DNA of 64,000 nucleotides, from positions 14,034-78,033 of the forward strand of contig JACQZH010000013.1 in assembly GCA_016213925.1 (NCBI GenBank). Reading direction: 5' to 3'. Positions 1 through 9,751 of the stretch are shown in pieces. The notes beneath the pieces were generated by a model. It was not told the DNA's origin. It saw only the letters and a program-made list of their open reading frames with translations, and did not search any database. A program made the translations under genes and the position numbers. Source of the stretch: Candidatus Omnitrophota bacterium. Lineage in GTDB: Bacteria > Omnitrophota > Gorgyraeia > B26-G9. How positions within the stretch are numbered: position 1 is the stretch's first letter; every line of letters begins with the position of its first letter.

Positions 1-136
1 TGATATCGTTCGGCAGTCCTCGTGCTGGATTTACCTTAACTCCGTTCATAATTTTATTTGCGGCCTTTTCTGTTTATTGCTTGATGGATTTAATAAGGTT
101 CGGGTTTTTATTTTTAATAAATATGACAAGGATGGG

Positions 137-1024
137 ATGATGCTCCAAAGTTTGAATGAAAAGTTGTCAAAATATGATGTGCCGTTATTTTTTCTGCTTG
201 CGGCTATCCTTATCGTGTCAAACTACCAAAGCAAAACAATGTTTGGGGTTGTCTTACTGGGAGGTTTTTATTTAATTGCCATGCCGCGGCTAATCTATCT
301 TTATTTGAAAGATAATAAAAACAGTTTCAAAAAGGTTATTTATATATATTTTATTATGATTTTTGTGCATGTGCATTTGACAACTCAGAGAGCTGATAGG
401 GCGGATAAAACCGAAGGGGCCGGCAACGAGCCTAAAAAAGTTTATAAAGTTTCCTTATCTTCCGAAGATAATATTCCGTTTTTGGAAAAACCGTATTTTT
501 ATAGCGGGATAAAAGTGCGGACTACGGAATTCAGTGAAGGCCGGAAGGTGGTTGATTGTTCCTTGGATGAGAAAAAATTATATTTTCAGTGCACTAAGAA
601 ATACAGTAACATAGAGAATTCTGATTTTTCTTTTTTGGTTACTTATTATCCGGAAATGATATCAGGCACTTCGAAGTTTACTATTGTTTTTCAGTTTACC
701 GATGAGATGGAAAGGGAACTGGGTTTTCTTACCTATGTTCTATACGGGGCAAGCGATTTTTATTTCCACGTCAACAATAAAGTCGAAGATAAGGTTTTCG
801 CGACTTATATTGTTGATCCTATAGAAGGAGAGTGGAAGACGTTTGAGGCAAAAAGCATAATCGATGACTATAACGCAAGGGCTAAACAATTGGAAGGCAA
901 GCTCTGGGCTGAGCTTAAGGTGAAAAAAATGAAATTAACGATAATGTCCTGGAATGCTGACGGAGAAATCATGAATGTTTATTTAAAAGGGTTGCAATTG
1001 CAGGAGCGTAAAAAGGAGCAATAG
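137..1024 (+). CDS. Bitopic membrane protein with a C-terminal copy of a novel ~130-aa domain (NSDFSF..YYP..LTYVLYG.SDYY..GEWK..DDYN..GKLW). The start is uncertain: the frame is open back to nt 2, so the gene may begin upstream of the window.
   Basis: ORF track 77..1024. The first in-frame ATG pair is at 137, preceded by an AAGGA at 127-131. A hydrophobic segment follows. The C-terminal domain aligns by eye with the two repeats at the end of the 977-aa protein (9752..12685). Confidence 0.5.
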   Translation: MMLQSLNEKLSKYDVPLFFLLAAILIVSNYQSKTMFGVVLLGGFYLIAMPRLIYLYLKDNKNSFKKVIYIYFIMIFVHVHLTTQRADRADKTEGAGNEPKKVYKVSLSSEDNIPFLEKPYFYSGIKVRTTEFSEGRKVVDCSLDEKKLYFQCTKKYSNIENSDFSFLVTYYPEMISGTSKFTIVFQFTDEMERELGFLTYVLYGASDFYFHVNNKVEDKVFATYIVDPIEGEWKTFEAKSIIDDYNARAKQLEGKLWAELKVKKMKLTIMSWNADGEIMNVYLKGLQLQERKKEQ

Positions 1025-1050
1025 AGAAAATTAATAAAATCGATGATTTT

Positions 1051-2052
1051 ATGCAGAAAAATCTGGATAATAAATTCAAAAACAAAAATATCTTAATAAC
1101 CGGTGGCTTGGGTTTTATCGGCAGTAATTTGGCGATAAAACTGGTTAATCTAGGGGCAAAAGTTACTTTGATGGACGCAATGCTTGCTGATTATGGGGCA
1201 AACAGGTTTAATATCGAGCCGGTAAAAGATAAAGTTAAAGTTGATGAAAGCGATATCCGCGACGCGGATTCGGTTAACAGGCTTGTTCAAGGTAAAGACT
1301 TTATATTTCATTTAGCAGGGCAGGTATCTCATGTTTTAAGCCTGTCTAATCCGTTTCTTGACATTGACATTAATATCAAGGGTACGGCAATGTTGATGGA
1401 AGCCTGCCGTAATTATAACAGGAGCGCGAAAGTAATTTATACTGGAACACGCGGCCAGTATGGAAGCGTCGTAAAACTGCCGGTAGATGAAACTACTCCG
1501 ACAAATCCAAAGGGAATTTATGAGATTTCAAACCTGACCGCGGAAAAGATTATTAAAGTTTACAATGATAACTTTGGCATAAAATGTGTGTTGCTCAGGC
1601 TGACCAATGTTTACGGGCCGCGTTCCCAAATGAAAAATGACCATTATGGGGTCGTGAACTGGTTTATGCGTTTAGCTCTTGAAGATAAAGAAATTAAGGT
1701 TTTTGGCGACGGCAAGCTAAAACGGGATTTCCTTTATGTTGACGATTGCGTGGATGCGTTAATAATGAGCGCGGCAAATGAGAATGCTTATGGTGAAATA
1801 TTCAATGTCGGCATAAATAAACCGACAACTTTTGTTGAATTGGCCGAGCTGATCGTTCAGATAGCGGGAAGCGGCAGGTGGGAATTCGCTCCTTTCTCCG
1901 CAGAAAGAAAAGCTTTGGAACCGGGAGATTATTATTCGGATATTTCTAAGATCAAGGAACATGTTACCTGGGAACCTAGAATTTCTCTTGCTGAAGGGAT
2001 AAAAGCATCGATTGGTTATTATCAAAAATACCGGACGCATTATTGGGAATAG
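1051..2052 (+). CDS. NAD-dependent sugar epimerase/dehydratase (extended SDR)
   Basis: N-terminal Rossmann motif ITGGLGFIGSNL. Its length and context in a glycan cluster fit a nucleotide-sugar epimerase/dehydratase. Confidence 0.75.
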   Translation: MQKNLDNKFKNKNILITGGLGFIGSNLAIKLVNLGAKVTLMDAMLADYGANRFNIEPVKDKVKVDESDIRDADSVNRLVQGKDFIFHLAGQVSHVLSLSNPFLDIDINIKGTAMLMEACRNYNRSAKVIYTGTRGQYGSVVKLPVDETTPTNPKGIYEISNLTAEKIIKVYNDNFGIKCVLLRLTNVYGPRSQMKNDHYGVVNWFMRLALEDKEIKVFGDGKLKRDFLYVDDCVDALIMSAANENAYGEIFNVGINKPTTFVELAELIVQIAGSGRWEFAPFSAERKALEPGDYYSDISKIKEHVTWEPRISLAEGIKASIGYYQKYRTHYWE

Positions 2053-2057
2053 AGAAT

Positions 2058-3020
2058 ATGAAAAAAATAAATATACTTGTCAGCGGAGTAAGCTCATCTA
2101 ATTCAATTACTTTTATAAAAGCATTGCGTAGACAGAAAGAAATTAAATTCAAAATTTTTGGAACTGATATTTATGAGAAAAACCTTTCGCAGGGTGCTTA
2201 TTTTTGTGATGGTTTTTTTAAGGTTTCAAAGGCAAATCAAAAAATGTTTATTCCCAAGTTATTGAAAATCTGCAAAGAAAATTCAATTAGAGTGCTGGTT
2301 CCGATTATTGAAGAGGAGTTTGCTTTAGTATCAAGAGCAACCGCTGAATTTAAAAAATGTGGTACTTTGGTTATGCTGCCTGATTCGAAAACGATACTAA
2401 TGTGTTTGAATAAGATAAAACTTTCCCGGTTTTTAGAAAAGCATGAATTCCCGACTCCTAAAATATACTTATCAGTGCCAGAAAGGAGCAGTTTTCCTTT
2501 AGTGAAAAAGCCGATTAAGGGCAGGGGGAGCAAGGGGATAAGCATAGTATACAGAAAAGAGGACATTAAACAGGCAAACCGTAATGATAAAAGCTGCTTT
2601 TTTCAGGAATTTATCAAAGGGCAGGAATACAGCGTGGATGTATTATCTGATAGAAGCGGAAAAGCAAAGGCGGTCTTTTGCCGGGTAAGATTGGAAGTAA
2701 GGGATGGTAAAAGCGTTAAGGCAATAACAGTGAGAAATAAAACAGTTGAGGATTTGGCGGTTAGGATCGCTGATGCTCTCGGCTTAAAGGGGCCTTCGTG
2801 CCTACAGTGTATTGTTGATAAAGACGGAGTGCCTTATTTTTTTGATGTTAATACAAGGATTGGCTCGGCTACTATTTTGACAGTTGAGGCAGGAGTAAAT
2901 ATCCCTTTTTTAGCGGTTAAAAGTTTGCTTGGCATGAAAATTGATAAATTAACCGGAAAGTTTAAAGAAAATATTATTATGCTGCGTTATCTTGATGAAA
3001 TTTTCACGCTGGTTGATTAA
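2058..3020 (+). CDS. ATP-grasp domain protein, a carboxylate-amine ligase-like enzyme in a glycan cluster
   Basis: ATP-grasp-like layout: N-terminal pre-ATP-grasp region, then the FPLVKKPIKGRGSKGI nucleotide-binding loop, then QEFIKGQEYSVDV. The start is either ATG 2058 or TTG 2043. Confidence 0.55.
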   Translation: MKKINILVSGVSSSNSITFIKALRRQKEIKFKIFGTDIYEKNLSQGAYFCDGFFKVSKANQKMFIPKLLKICKENSIRVLVPIIEEEFALVSRATAEFKKCGTLVMLPDSKTILMCLNKIKLSRFLEKHEFPTPKIYLSVPERSSFPLVKKPIKGRGSKGISIVYRKEDIKQANRNDKSCFFQEFIKGQEYSVDVLSDRSGKAKAVFCRVRLEVRDGKSVKAITVRNKTVEDLAVRIADALGLKGPSCLQCIVDKDGVPYFFDVNTRIGSATILTVEAGVNIPFLAVKSLLGMKIDKLTGKFKENIIMLRYLDEIFTLVD

Positions 3021-3034
3021 GGGGAAATATTTAT

Positions 3035-3703
3035 ATGAACATTTTTTTGGATTTTGACGGGCCTGTGCTTGATAACAAGGCTAGATTATATCAACTTTAT
3101 TTTGACCTTTTGGCCGAATTCGGCGGCAATCCTTTGCCTATCGATGAATATTGGCAGTTAAAAAGAAATTGTGTCAAAGAGGATGTAATATTAAAAGAAA
3201 AAAGCGGGTTTACCGAAGAGTTGAACGGAGATTATCAGAGGCTGCGTATTGAGCAAATTGAATCAAAGAGATATTTGAGCTTGAATGCGGTAATAAACGG
3301 TTGTTATGAGAGCCTTGACTTTTTGGCGAAACAAGGCGATTTGATGCTAATTACCAGCCGCAGGAACAGGGATAACCTTATCTGGGAGCTTAAAGATAAG
3401 AAACTTGAAAAGTATTTTAAAAAGATCCTATCGGATTTTAATGATTATCTGCCGGCTTGGCAGCTTAAGGTTGATTTAATACGAGAATTTATCCCTGAAT
3501 TCGGAAAAGCAGATATTATTGTGGGAGATACAGAAGCGGAGATTTTATGCGCAAAGGAGCTGGGGATTTATTCTATCGCTCTTTTGAGCGGAATCAGAAA
3601 TGAAGAAAAATTAAAATTATATGTTCCGGATATAATCTATGAGAATATAAATGAAGTTGTTAAAAATTGGACGCAGATTAAAACAAACGCGCAGAAGATA
3701 TGA
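3035..3703 (+). CDS. HAD-superfamily hydrolase/phosphatase
   Basis: N-terminal DxDGxV motif (FLDFDGPVLDN) and a downstream GDT..E motif, typical of a HAD phosphatase. Confidence 0.6.
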   Translation: MNIFLDFDGPVLDNKARLYQLYFDLLAEFGGNPLPIDEYWQLKRNCVKEDVILKEKSGFTEELNGDYQRLRIEQIESKRYLSLNAVINGCYESLDFLAKQGDLMLITSRRNRDNLIWELKDKKLEKYFKKILSDFNDYLPAWQLKVDLIREFIPEFGKADIIVGDTEAEILCAKELGIYSIALLSGIRNEEKLKLYVPDIIYENINEVVKNWTQIKTNAQKI

Positions 3704-4827
3704 AAAATATACTTTTTGTAGAGCTTTCCAGGGAATATAAGGCGCTAAGAAAAGAAATTGATTCAAAAGTGGCTAAGGTATTGGACTCTGGCCGTTTTTT
3801 GCTCGGGCCGGAATGCGCGAAATTTGAAGAAGCATTTGCCAAATATTGCGGAATTAAATTTTGTGTCGGGGTCGCTTCCGGGACAGAAGCAGTGGCATTG
3901 GCATTAATGGCATCAGGTACCGGGCATGGGGATTTGGTAATTACAGCAGCTAATACTGCGGTGCCTACTGTTTCGGCTATATCAATGAGCGGTGCAGAGC
4001 CTTTGTTTGTCGATATTGACGAAAAAACCATGTTAATGTCTCCGGAAAGTTTGCAAATCTGCTTAAAAAAGATGCCAAAGGCGATATTAAAGCGTATTAA
4101 AGCAATAATTCCTGTGCATCTTTACGGGCTTATGTGTGCGATGGATGAGATTAAGGCTATAGCTGATAAATATAAAATCGCTATTATAGAAGATTGCGCG
4201 CAGGCACACGGTGCGGAATATAAGGGTAAAAGAGCCGGTACTATAGGGATGTTTGGCTGTTATAGCTTTTATCCCAGCAAAAATCTCGGTTGTTACGGCG
4301 ACGGCGGTGCGGTTATTGTAGATAATACGAAATTATATGAAAAACTAACAATGCTTAGAAATTACGGGCAAACAGACAGGTATAACCATGAAATTATCGG
4401 TATTAACAGCAGGTTGAGCGAATTGCAGTCAGCGATATTGAACGTTAAACTTAAATATCTCGATGCTTGGAACGCAAGGCGCCGGTTTTTAGCGCAGATG
4501 TATACGAATGGGCTTAAAGATTATAATGTATGGTTTCAGGAATTCAGGCAACAGGAAAGATCGCATGTTTATCATCTTATGGTTTTGCGCAGCGATAAAA
4601 GGCAATCACTTGTAAAATATTTATCAGAGCAGGGCATCCACACGTTAATCCATTATCCTAGGCCGGTGTATTTGCAAAAGGCATACAGGAATATTATATA
4701 TAGAAAAAACAGCTGTAAAATTGCGGAGCGCACCTGCAAACAAATTTTCAGTATACCGCTTTATCCTTTTTTAAAAGATAAGGAAGCTAAATTTATAGTA
4801 GATAAATTAAGGAGGTTTTTAAAATGA
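3700..4827 (+). CDS. DegT/DnrJ/EryC1/StrS-family PLP-dependent sugar aminotransferase
   Basis: Family-typical N-terminus (LGPECAKFEEAFAKYCG..VGVASGTEAVALAL) and a length of about 375 aa. It overlaps its neighbours by 4 nt, indicating an operon. Confidence 0.85.
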   Translation: MKNILFVELSREYKALRKEIDSKVAKVLDSGRFLLGPECAKFEEAFAKYCGIKFCVGVASGTEAVALALMASGTGHGDLVITAANTAVPTVSAISMSGAEPLFVDIDEKTMLMSPESLQICLKKMPKAILKRIKAIIPVHLYGLMCAMDEIKAIADKYKIAIIEDCAQAHGAEYKGKRAGTIGMFGCYSFYPSKNLGCYGDGGAVIVDNTKLYEKLTMLRNYGQTDRYNHEIIGINSRLSELQSAILNVKLKYLDAWNARRRFLAQMYTNGLKDYNVWFQEFRQQERSHVYHLMVLRSDKRQSLVKYLSEQGIHTLIHYPRPVYLQKAYRNIIYRKNSCKIAERTCKQIFSIPLYPFLKDKEAKFIVDKLRRFLK

Positions 4828-5753
4828 CTACCTTAAGCATAATAGTGCCGGTTTTTTTTAATGAAGAAAGTCTTCCTTTGCTTTATGAAAAGCTTGAGCA
4901 GGTTTCGCGACAAATGAATAATGTGTGTTTTGAATATGTTTTTGTTGATGACGGCTCCAAAGATAATTCCTATAAGGTACTGCTGGATATTTCGAAAAGT
5001 GATAAACGTGTTAAAATTGTCAAGCTATCGCGCAATTTCGGTTCTTTTGTTGCCTGCTTTGCAGGGCTTACTTACGCAAAAGGCGATTGCGCTTTGATAA
5101 TGGCCGCGGATTTACAGGATCCTCCGGAATTGATCCCTGAACTTTTTAGTAAATGGCAACAAGGCAGTGAGGTGGTGTTTGCCGTTAAGCAAAAAAGGGA
5201 AGAAAGTAGTATGAATATTTTCTTTTCTTCGATATTTCACAGGATTTTTCGTCTTATCGCGTTGGGGAATGCTCCAAAACATGGATTTGATTTTGTTTTG
5301 ATCGGCAGAAAAGTAATTGATGTGCTGGTTAAATCAGGGGAGAAGAATTCTTCGATCATGGGGCAAATTATTTGGGCAGGATTTAAAACCGACCAGATAA
5401 GTTATACAAAGAAAGCACGCCTGCATGGTAAATCCCGCTGGAAATTCTGGACGAAAATAAAATATTTTATAGATTCAATAATGGCTTTTAGTTATTTCCC
5501 GATAAGAATGGCCTCATTTTTGGGTATTGGAATAGCTTTAATCGGTTTTATATTTGCTGTATATGCAGTCTACCGCAGGATTTTTTTTGGTGTTAATGTC
5601 CCGGGTTTTACGCTTTTGCTGGTTGTAATATTGCTGACCTCAGGCGCGCAAATGATTCTTTTGGGGATTATCGGCGAGTATATATGGAGAGCGCTTGATG
5701 AGGCAAGAAAAAGGCCTATTTTTATCGTAGACGAACTTATTAATAATGACTAG
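4824..5753 (+). CDS. GT2 polyprenyl-phosphate glycosyltransferase (ArnC/DPM1/GtrB-like) with C-terminal transmembrane helices
   Basis: Motifs IIVPVFFNEE, FVDDGSKDNS and LSRNFGSF, a DxD-type AADLQD, and two C-terminal hydrophobic helices. Confidence 0.85.
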   Translation: MTTLSIIVPVFFNEESLPLLYEKLEQVSRQMNNVCFEYVFVDDGSKDNSYKVLLDISKSDKRVKIVKLSRNFGSFVACFAGLTYAKGDCALIMAADLQDPPELIPELFSKWQQGSEVVFAVKQKREESSMNIFFSSIFHRIFRLIALGNAPKHGFDFVLIGRKVIDVLVKSGEKNSSIMGQIIWAGFKTDQISYTKKARLHGKSRWKFWTKIKYFIDSIMAFSYFPIRMASFLGIGIALIGFIFAVYAVYRRIFFGVNVPGFTLLLVVILLTSGAQMILLGIIGEYIWRALDEARKRPIFIVDELINND

Positions 5754-5816
5754 ATAGGATAATCCCAAATTTTGGGATAATAAATATAACTAATTTCTCT
5801 GAAGAAAGATAAGAAT

Positions 5817-7223
5817 TTGAATATTGCTTTGGTCTGGCCTTTTGGAAATGATTGCAACTGGGTTTTTCCAATGTCCATAGGGTTCCTTGAGGCTAATTTG
5901 CCTAAGGATAAGTTTAATACCTATGTTTTTGATTTTTCCCTGGAAAAAGTTAATCCGTATACGGAGAGAAAAAGATTAAAAACCTTTTTCGCGGATTTGG
6001 ATATAAATGTTTTTGGAATAAGCAGTGCCTTGTCTTTTAATTACCCTTATGCGCGTAAGACCGCTGAAATTATAAAAGAATTGATACCGCGGGCAAAAAT
6101 AGTCTTAGGCGGATGCCACGCGTCAATGACTGCATGTAAAATACTCGGAGAAAATGACAATATTGATTTTATATTAAAAGGAGAAGCAGAGTTTTCTTTC
6201 CCTGCATTGCTTGATTATTTTAAATCCAATTTATCGGAAGATGCTTTATCGCTGGTGCCGGGTTTAGTTTATAGGCGCAATAACAGCATTATGGAGAATC
6301 CTGCGGTTATTACTCAGGACTTAGACAGTATTAAGCCGGTTAATTACAGGAAAATGCGTTTAGAAGATTATGTCAAAGCCGGGTACCGTTACGGTACGAA
6401 TAATTTCGGTTTATCAGCGCCTTTGTGGATAAGCCGCGGCTGTCCTTACGGATGCACTTTTTGCTCGGCGTCGATTATGAACGGCAGAAAAGTCAGGTAC
6501 CACTCCATAGAATATGTAATCAAACTTATTAAGCATCTTTATGAGAAAGAAAATGTGAGAACGTTTACAATTATTGATGATAATTTCACGTTTGACCGTG
6601 CTTATGTTAAAAAATTCTGCTTTGAAGTAAAAAAACTCGGGTTTAAAGATATAAATATTGTTGCGCCTAACGGAGTGCGCATAGACAGGCTTGATCAGGA
6701 GACTTTAAAGCTGATGTATGAAGCCGGCTGGAGAGTCTTGATGGTTGCGATCGAAACGGATAATGAAAAAATAATGCAAAAAATGGATAAAAAGATCGAC
6801 CTTAAGGAAGTCCCCGGAAAAATTGCAATGATTAAAAGAGCAGGATTTAAGGTGCATAGCAATTTCATTTTAGGATTTCCCGGGGCATCCAGGGGAGATA
6901 TTAAGAAAACAATTGATTATGCCTGCCGTCTGGAGCTTGACATGGTTGGTTTCCCTAAATTTCAGCCTTTGCCTGGAACTAAGATGTTTGATGAGTTGTG
7001 TTCGAACGGAGAAATTGACGAGGATTTTCTGCCTGTTGAGTATAATGAAAAGTCTAAATATGCGCCAAAGGGAATAAAGACGCAAATGCTGGATAAGCTT
7101 CAGAGAAATGCGTATTTATTATTTTACCTGAGACATCCGGCTTCAATTTTGTTGTTGTTTGAGAATTATAGTATCAAGCATTTGCTCGGATATATAAGAA
7201 GAGTAATTATAGGAAAAAGTTAA
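5817..7223 (+). CDS. B12-binding-domain radical SAM enzyme (class B type), paralog 1
   Basis: CxxxCxxC motif (SRGCPYGCTFCS) preceded by a Rossmann-like B12-binding N-terminal region. The apparent start is TTG, and there is no in-frame ATG before the conserved N-terminus. Confidence 0.8.
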   Translation: MNIALVWPFGNDCNWVFPMSIGFLEANLPKDKFNTYVFDFSLEKVNPYTERKRLKTFFADLDINVFGISSALSFNYPYARKTAEIIKELIPRAKIVLGGCHASMTACKILGENDNIDFILKGEAEFSFPALLDYFKSNLSEDALSLVPGLVYRRNNSIMENPAVITQDLDSIKPVNYRKMRLEDYVKAGYRYGTNNFGLSAPLWISRGCPYGCTFCSASIMNGRKVRYHSIEYVIKLIKHLYEKENVRTFTIIDDNFTFDRAYVKKFCFEVKKLGFKDINIVAPNGVRIDRLDQETLKLMYEAGWRVLMVAIETDNEKIMQKMDKKIDLKEVPGKIAMIKRAGFKVHSNFILGFPGASRGDIKKTIDYACRLELDMVGFPKFQPLPGTKMFDELCSNGEIDEDFLPVEYNEKSKYAPKGIKTQMLDKLQRNAYLLFYLRHPASILLLFENYSIKHLLGYIRRVIIGKS

Positions 7224-7247
7224 GATTAACTTTGGAGTTTTTTTTGT

Positions 7248-8717
7248 ATGATTTTAGATAAAACAAAAGTGTTATTGATAGAACCTCCTCCTCTATGGAA
7301 ATACGGCAATCAGAGGTCTAAAGGAGCTTTCGGTAACCTTAAGACAGATATAAGATGGCCGCCGATCGATTTGATGGTTATTGCCGGATACCTTCGTAAA
7401 AATAATGTTGAAGTTGCGCTTATTGATGCCGGAGGAGAAAGGCTTATGATCGATAAGCTGGCAGAAAGCATATCGAACGTAGATGCCCGGCTGATCGTGA
7501 TTAATACTTCTACTACAACGATATATCATGATGTCAATATCGCAGAAAGAATAAAAAGAATCAAGCCGGCGGCTTTGGTAGGAGCAATCGGAGTTCATGT
7601 AATGGCATTGCCGGAAGAAACGCTAAAATTATCAGAGGGGTTGGATTTTGTCGTGGTTTCTGAGCCGGAAATTCCGATACTAAATCTGGCGAAAATCCTG
7701 GACTTGCCCGGAACCAAGGGTATTTGTTATCTGAAAAACAGTCAAATAATAAAAAATTTACCTGAGTCCCCGATTTCTAATCTGGATGAACTGGGAATGC
7801 CGGCGCATGATCTGGTGCCTTTGAATATATATAAAGAACCGCAGCTTAAAAGAAAGCCGATGACAATTACTATGGTCTCACGCGGTTGTATAAATAGGTG
7901 TATTTTTTGCAGTGCCTGTTTTTATGGTGATTACAGGTTGCGTTCGATTTCTAATGTTATGGAAGAACTAAAATGGATAAGCAGTGAACTAGGGGTAAAG
8001 GAGTTGAAATTTTATGACGATGGGATCACCTATAACCGTAAATGGGCAGTGAGCTTGTTTCAGGCAATGATTGATGAGAAAATTGACTTAACCTGGAATA
8101 CTAATCTCCGCGCGGATTCTATTGATTTGGAACTGGCTCAACTGATGAAAAAAGCAGGCTGCCATACGGTGAATATGGGGCTGGAAAGCGCTAATCAGGA
8201 TATTTTAAACAACATTAAAAAAAATGTTACGTTGGAAAAAATGGAGCAAGCTGTTAAATATTGCAAGCAAGCGGGATTAGAGGTTTGCGGGTATTTTGTT
8301 ATTGGTTTACCAGGGGAAACATTGGAAACTGTTAATCAGACTGTGGAATTTGCAAAACGGCTTGACTTGGACCTGGCTACTTTTAATGTGACGGCGCCAC
8401 ACCCCGGAACGGAATTTTTTGACTTTTTGCAGAAAAAAGGGTTTCTGAAAACTAAGAATTGGGAAAAATATGATACAAACAGCCTGCCTGTGTATGATTA
8501 TCCCAAAATGAGCGCGCAGGATATTTATAGCCTTGCGTTAAAGGCATACCGGCATTTTTATATGAGGCCGGGTTATTTTTTAAAAAGGCTTAAAAGAGTG
8601 AATTCCTTGCTGGAAATGAAAAATCTGGCAGAAAATTTTTTTGCGTTTATGGAAAATTTTATTATTAAAAGCGTAGCAAGGGATGTAATTGCTATTTTTA
8701 AAATGGAGAAGAAATGA
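7248..8717 (+). CDS. B12-binding-domain radical SAM enzyme, paralog 2
   Basis: CxxxCxxC motif (SRGCINRCIFCSA). The N-terminus KVLLIEPP is typical of the B12-binding domain. It is a clear paralog of the upstream gene. Confidence 0.8.
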   Translation: MILDKTKVLLIEPPPLWKYGNQRSKGAFGNLKTDIRWPPIDLMVIAGYLRKNNVEVALIDAGGERLMIDKLAESISNVDARLIVINTSTTTIYHDVNIAERIKRIKPAALVGAIGVHVMALPEETLKLSEGLDFVVVSEPEIPILNLAKILDLPGTKGICYLKNSQIIKNLPESPISNLDELGMPAHDLVPLNIYKEPQLKRKPMTITMVSRGCINRCIFCSACFYGDYRLRSISNVMEELKWISSELGVKELKFYDDGITYNRKWAVSLFQAMIDEKIDLTWNTNLRADSIDLELAQLMKKAGCHTVNMGLESANQDILNNIKKNVTLEKMEQAVKYCKQAGLEVCGYFVIGLPGETLETVNQTVEFAKRLDLDLATFNVTAPHPGTEFFDFLQKKGFLKTKNWEKYDTNSLPVYDYPKMSAQDIYSLALKAYRHFYMRPGYFLKRLKRVNSLLEMKNLAENFFAFMENFIIKSVARDVIAIFKMEKK

Positions 8718-9733
8718 AGAAAAAAGATTTATCTTTTTTTTACTGCCGCAGTTGTAATAAATCACTTGAAATAAAAGTAATTGATTCAAAAGCAGATGAT
8801 GTGCAAGAAGGAATTTTCAGCTGCTCTGGTTGCGGCCAGTGGTATCCGCTGACAGAGAGAATAGGGTTCTTTCTGAAAAATGATTACTCTTTTGCTGAAG
8901 AATTCAGGCAGAGGTTTGTGAAGAGGCATGCCTTAAAATTGGAAAATAAGAATTGTGACAGCGAGCAGTTATCTATTAAAGAAAAAAATAAGCAAATTGA
9001 ATTTTTTAATATTGAATCAGATTGTTATACCTATGTACATACTATGAGCCAATTTGTCCGGCTTTTAGATGCGCAGTTACTTAAGTTCTGGGGGCAATAT
9101 ATTCTTGAAAACGGTGTGATCATTGATCTGGGCTGTGGGACAGGGATGAGGACTTTGCCTTTGGCAGGGCAGTATACAAACAGTAATATAATCGGAGTTG
9201 ATATTTCAATAGGTATGATCCGTGTGGCGTTGAAGCATGCCCAAGATAAGGGATTAAATAATATTAGTTTTATTGTTGCTGACGCAGATAATCTTCCATT
9301 TGCCGCTGAAATTACTGAAACAGTTATCGGCCCAGGCATATTGCATCATGTGCCGGAACCTAAAGCTGTACTAAGGGAGGCGCAAAGGGTTTTAAAAACA
9401 AACGGATGTTATCTGGGAATTGAAAACAACCGGTCTGTTTTTCGTTTTGTTTTTGACTTTCTTCAGAAAATAAAACCTGCCTGGAGAGAGGAAGCGGGAA
9501 GGCATCCTTTGATTTCTGTTGAAGAGTTAATAAGATGGGGCAAGGAAGAGTTATTGGAGATTAGTGCTCATTCGCGTGTATTCCTTCCGCCGCAGCTAAT
9601 TAATAGTTTATCTTTGAATATGGCGGAAAAAGTTTTTAATTTTTCTGAAAATACAGGGCGATGGTTGCCGTTTATCCGCAATCATGGAGGGATGCTTTTT
9701 ATTCAGGGGAGAAAAATCGTTTCTCGCGATTAA
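8714..9733 (+). CDS. Class I SAM-dependent methyltransferase with an N-terminal Trm112-like zinc ribbon
   Basis: CxxC..CxxC (CRSCN..CSGCGQWYP) followed by motif I IIDLGCGTGMRT. A 4-nt overlap with the upstream radical SAM gene couples them. Confidence 0.75.
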   Translation: MKKKDLSFFYCRSCNKSLEIKVIDSKADDVQEGIFSCSGCGQWYPLTERIGFFLKNDYSFAEEFRQRFVKRHALKLENKNCDSEQLSIKEKNKQIEFFNIESDCYTYVHTMSQFVRLLDAQLLKFWGQYILENGVIIDLGCGTGMRTLPLAGQYTNSNIIGVDISIGMIRVALKHAQDKGLNNISFIVADADNLPFAAEITETVIGPGILHHVPEPKAVLREAQRVLKTNGCYLGIENNRSVFRFVFDFLQKIKPAWREEAGRHPLISVEELIRWGKEELLEISAHSRVFLPPQLINSLSLNMAEKVFNFSENTGRWLPFIRNHGGMLFIQGRKIVSRD

Positions 9734-9751
9734 AAATACAATTATCGGATT

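Noticed and set aside
2-136. Upstream extension of the first gene to the window edge
   Set aside because: Not fully rejected. The frame is open from nt 2 to 77, but that is only 25 codons, and an RBS-supported ATG lies at 137. I annotated the conservative start and flagged the alternative.
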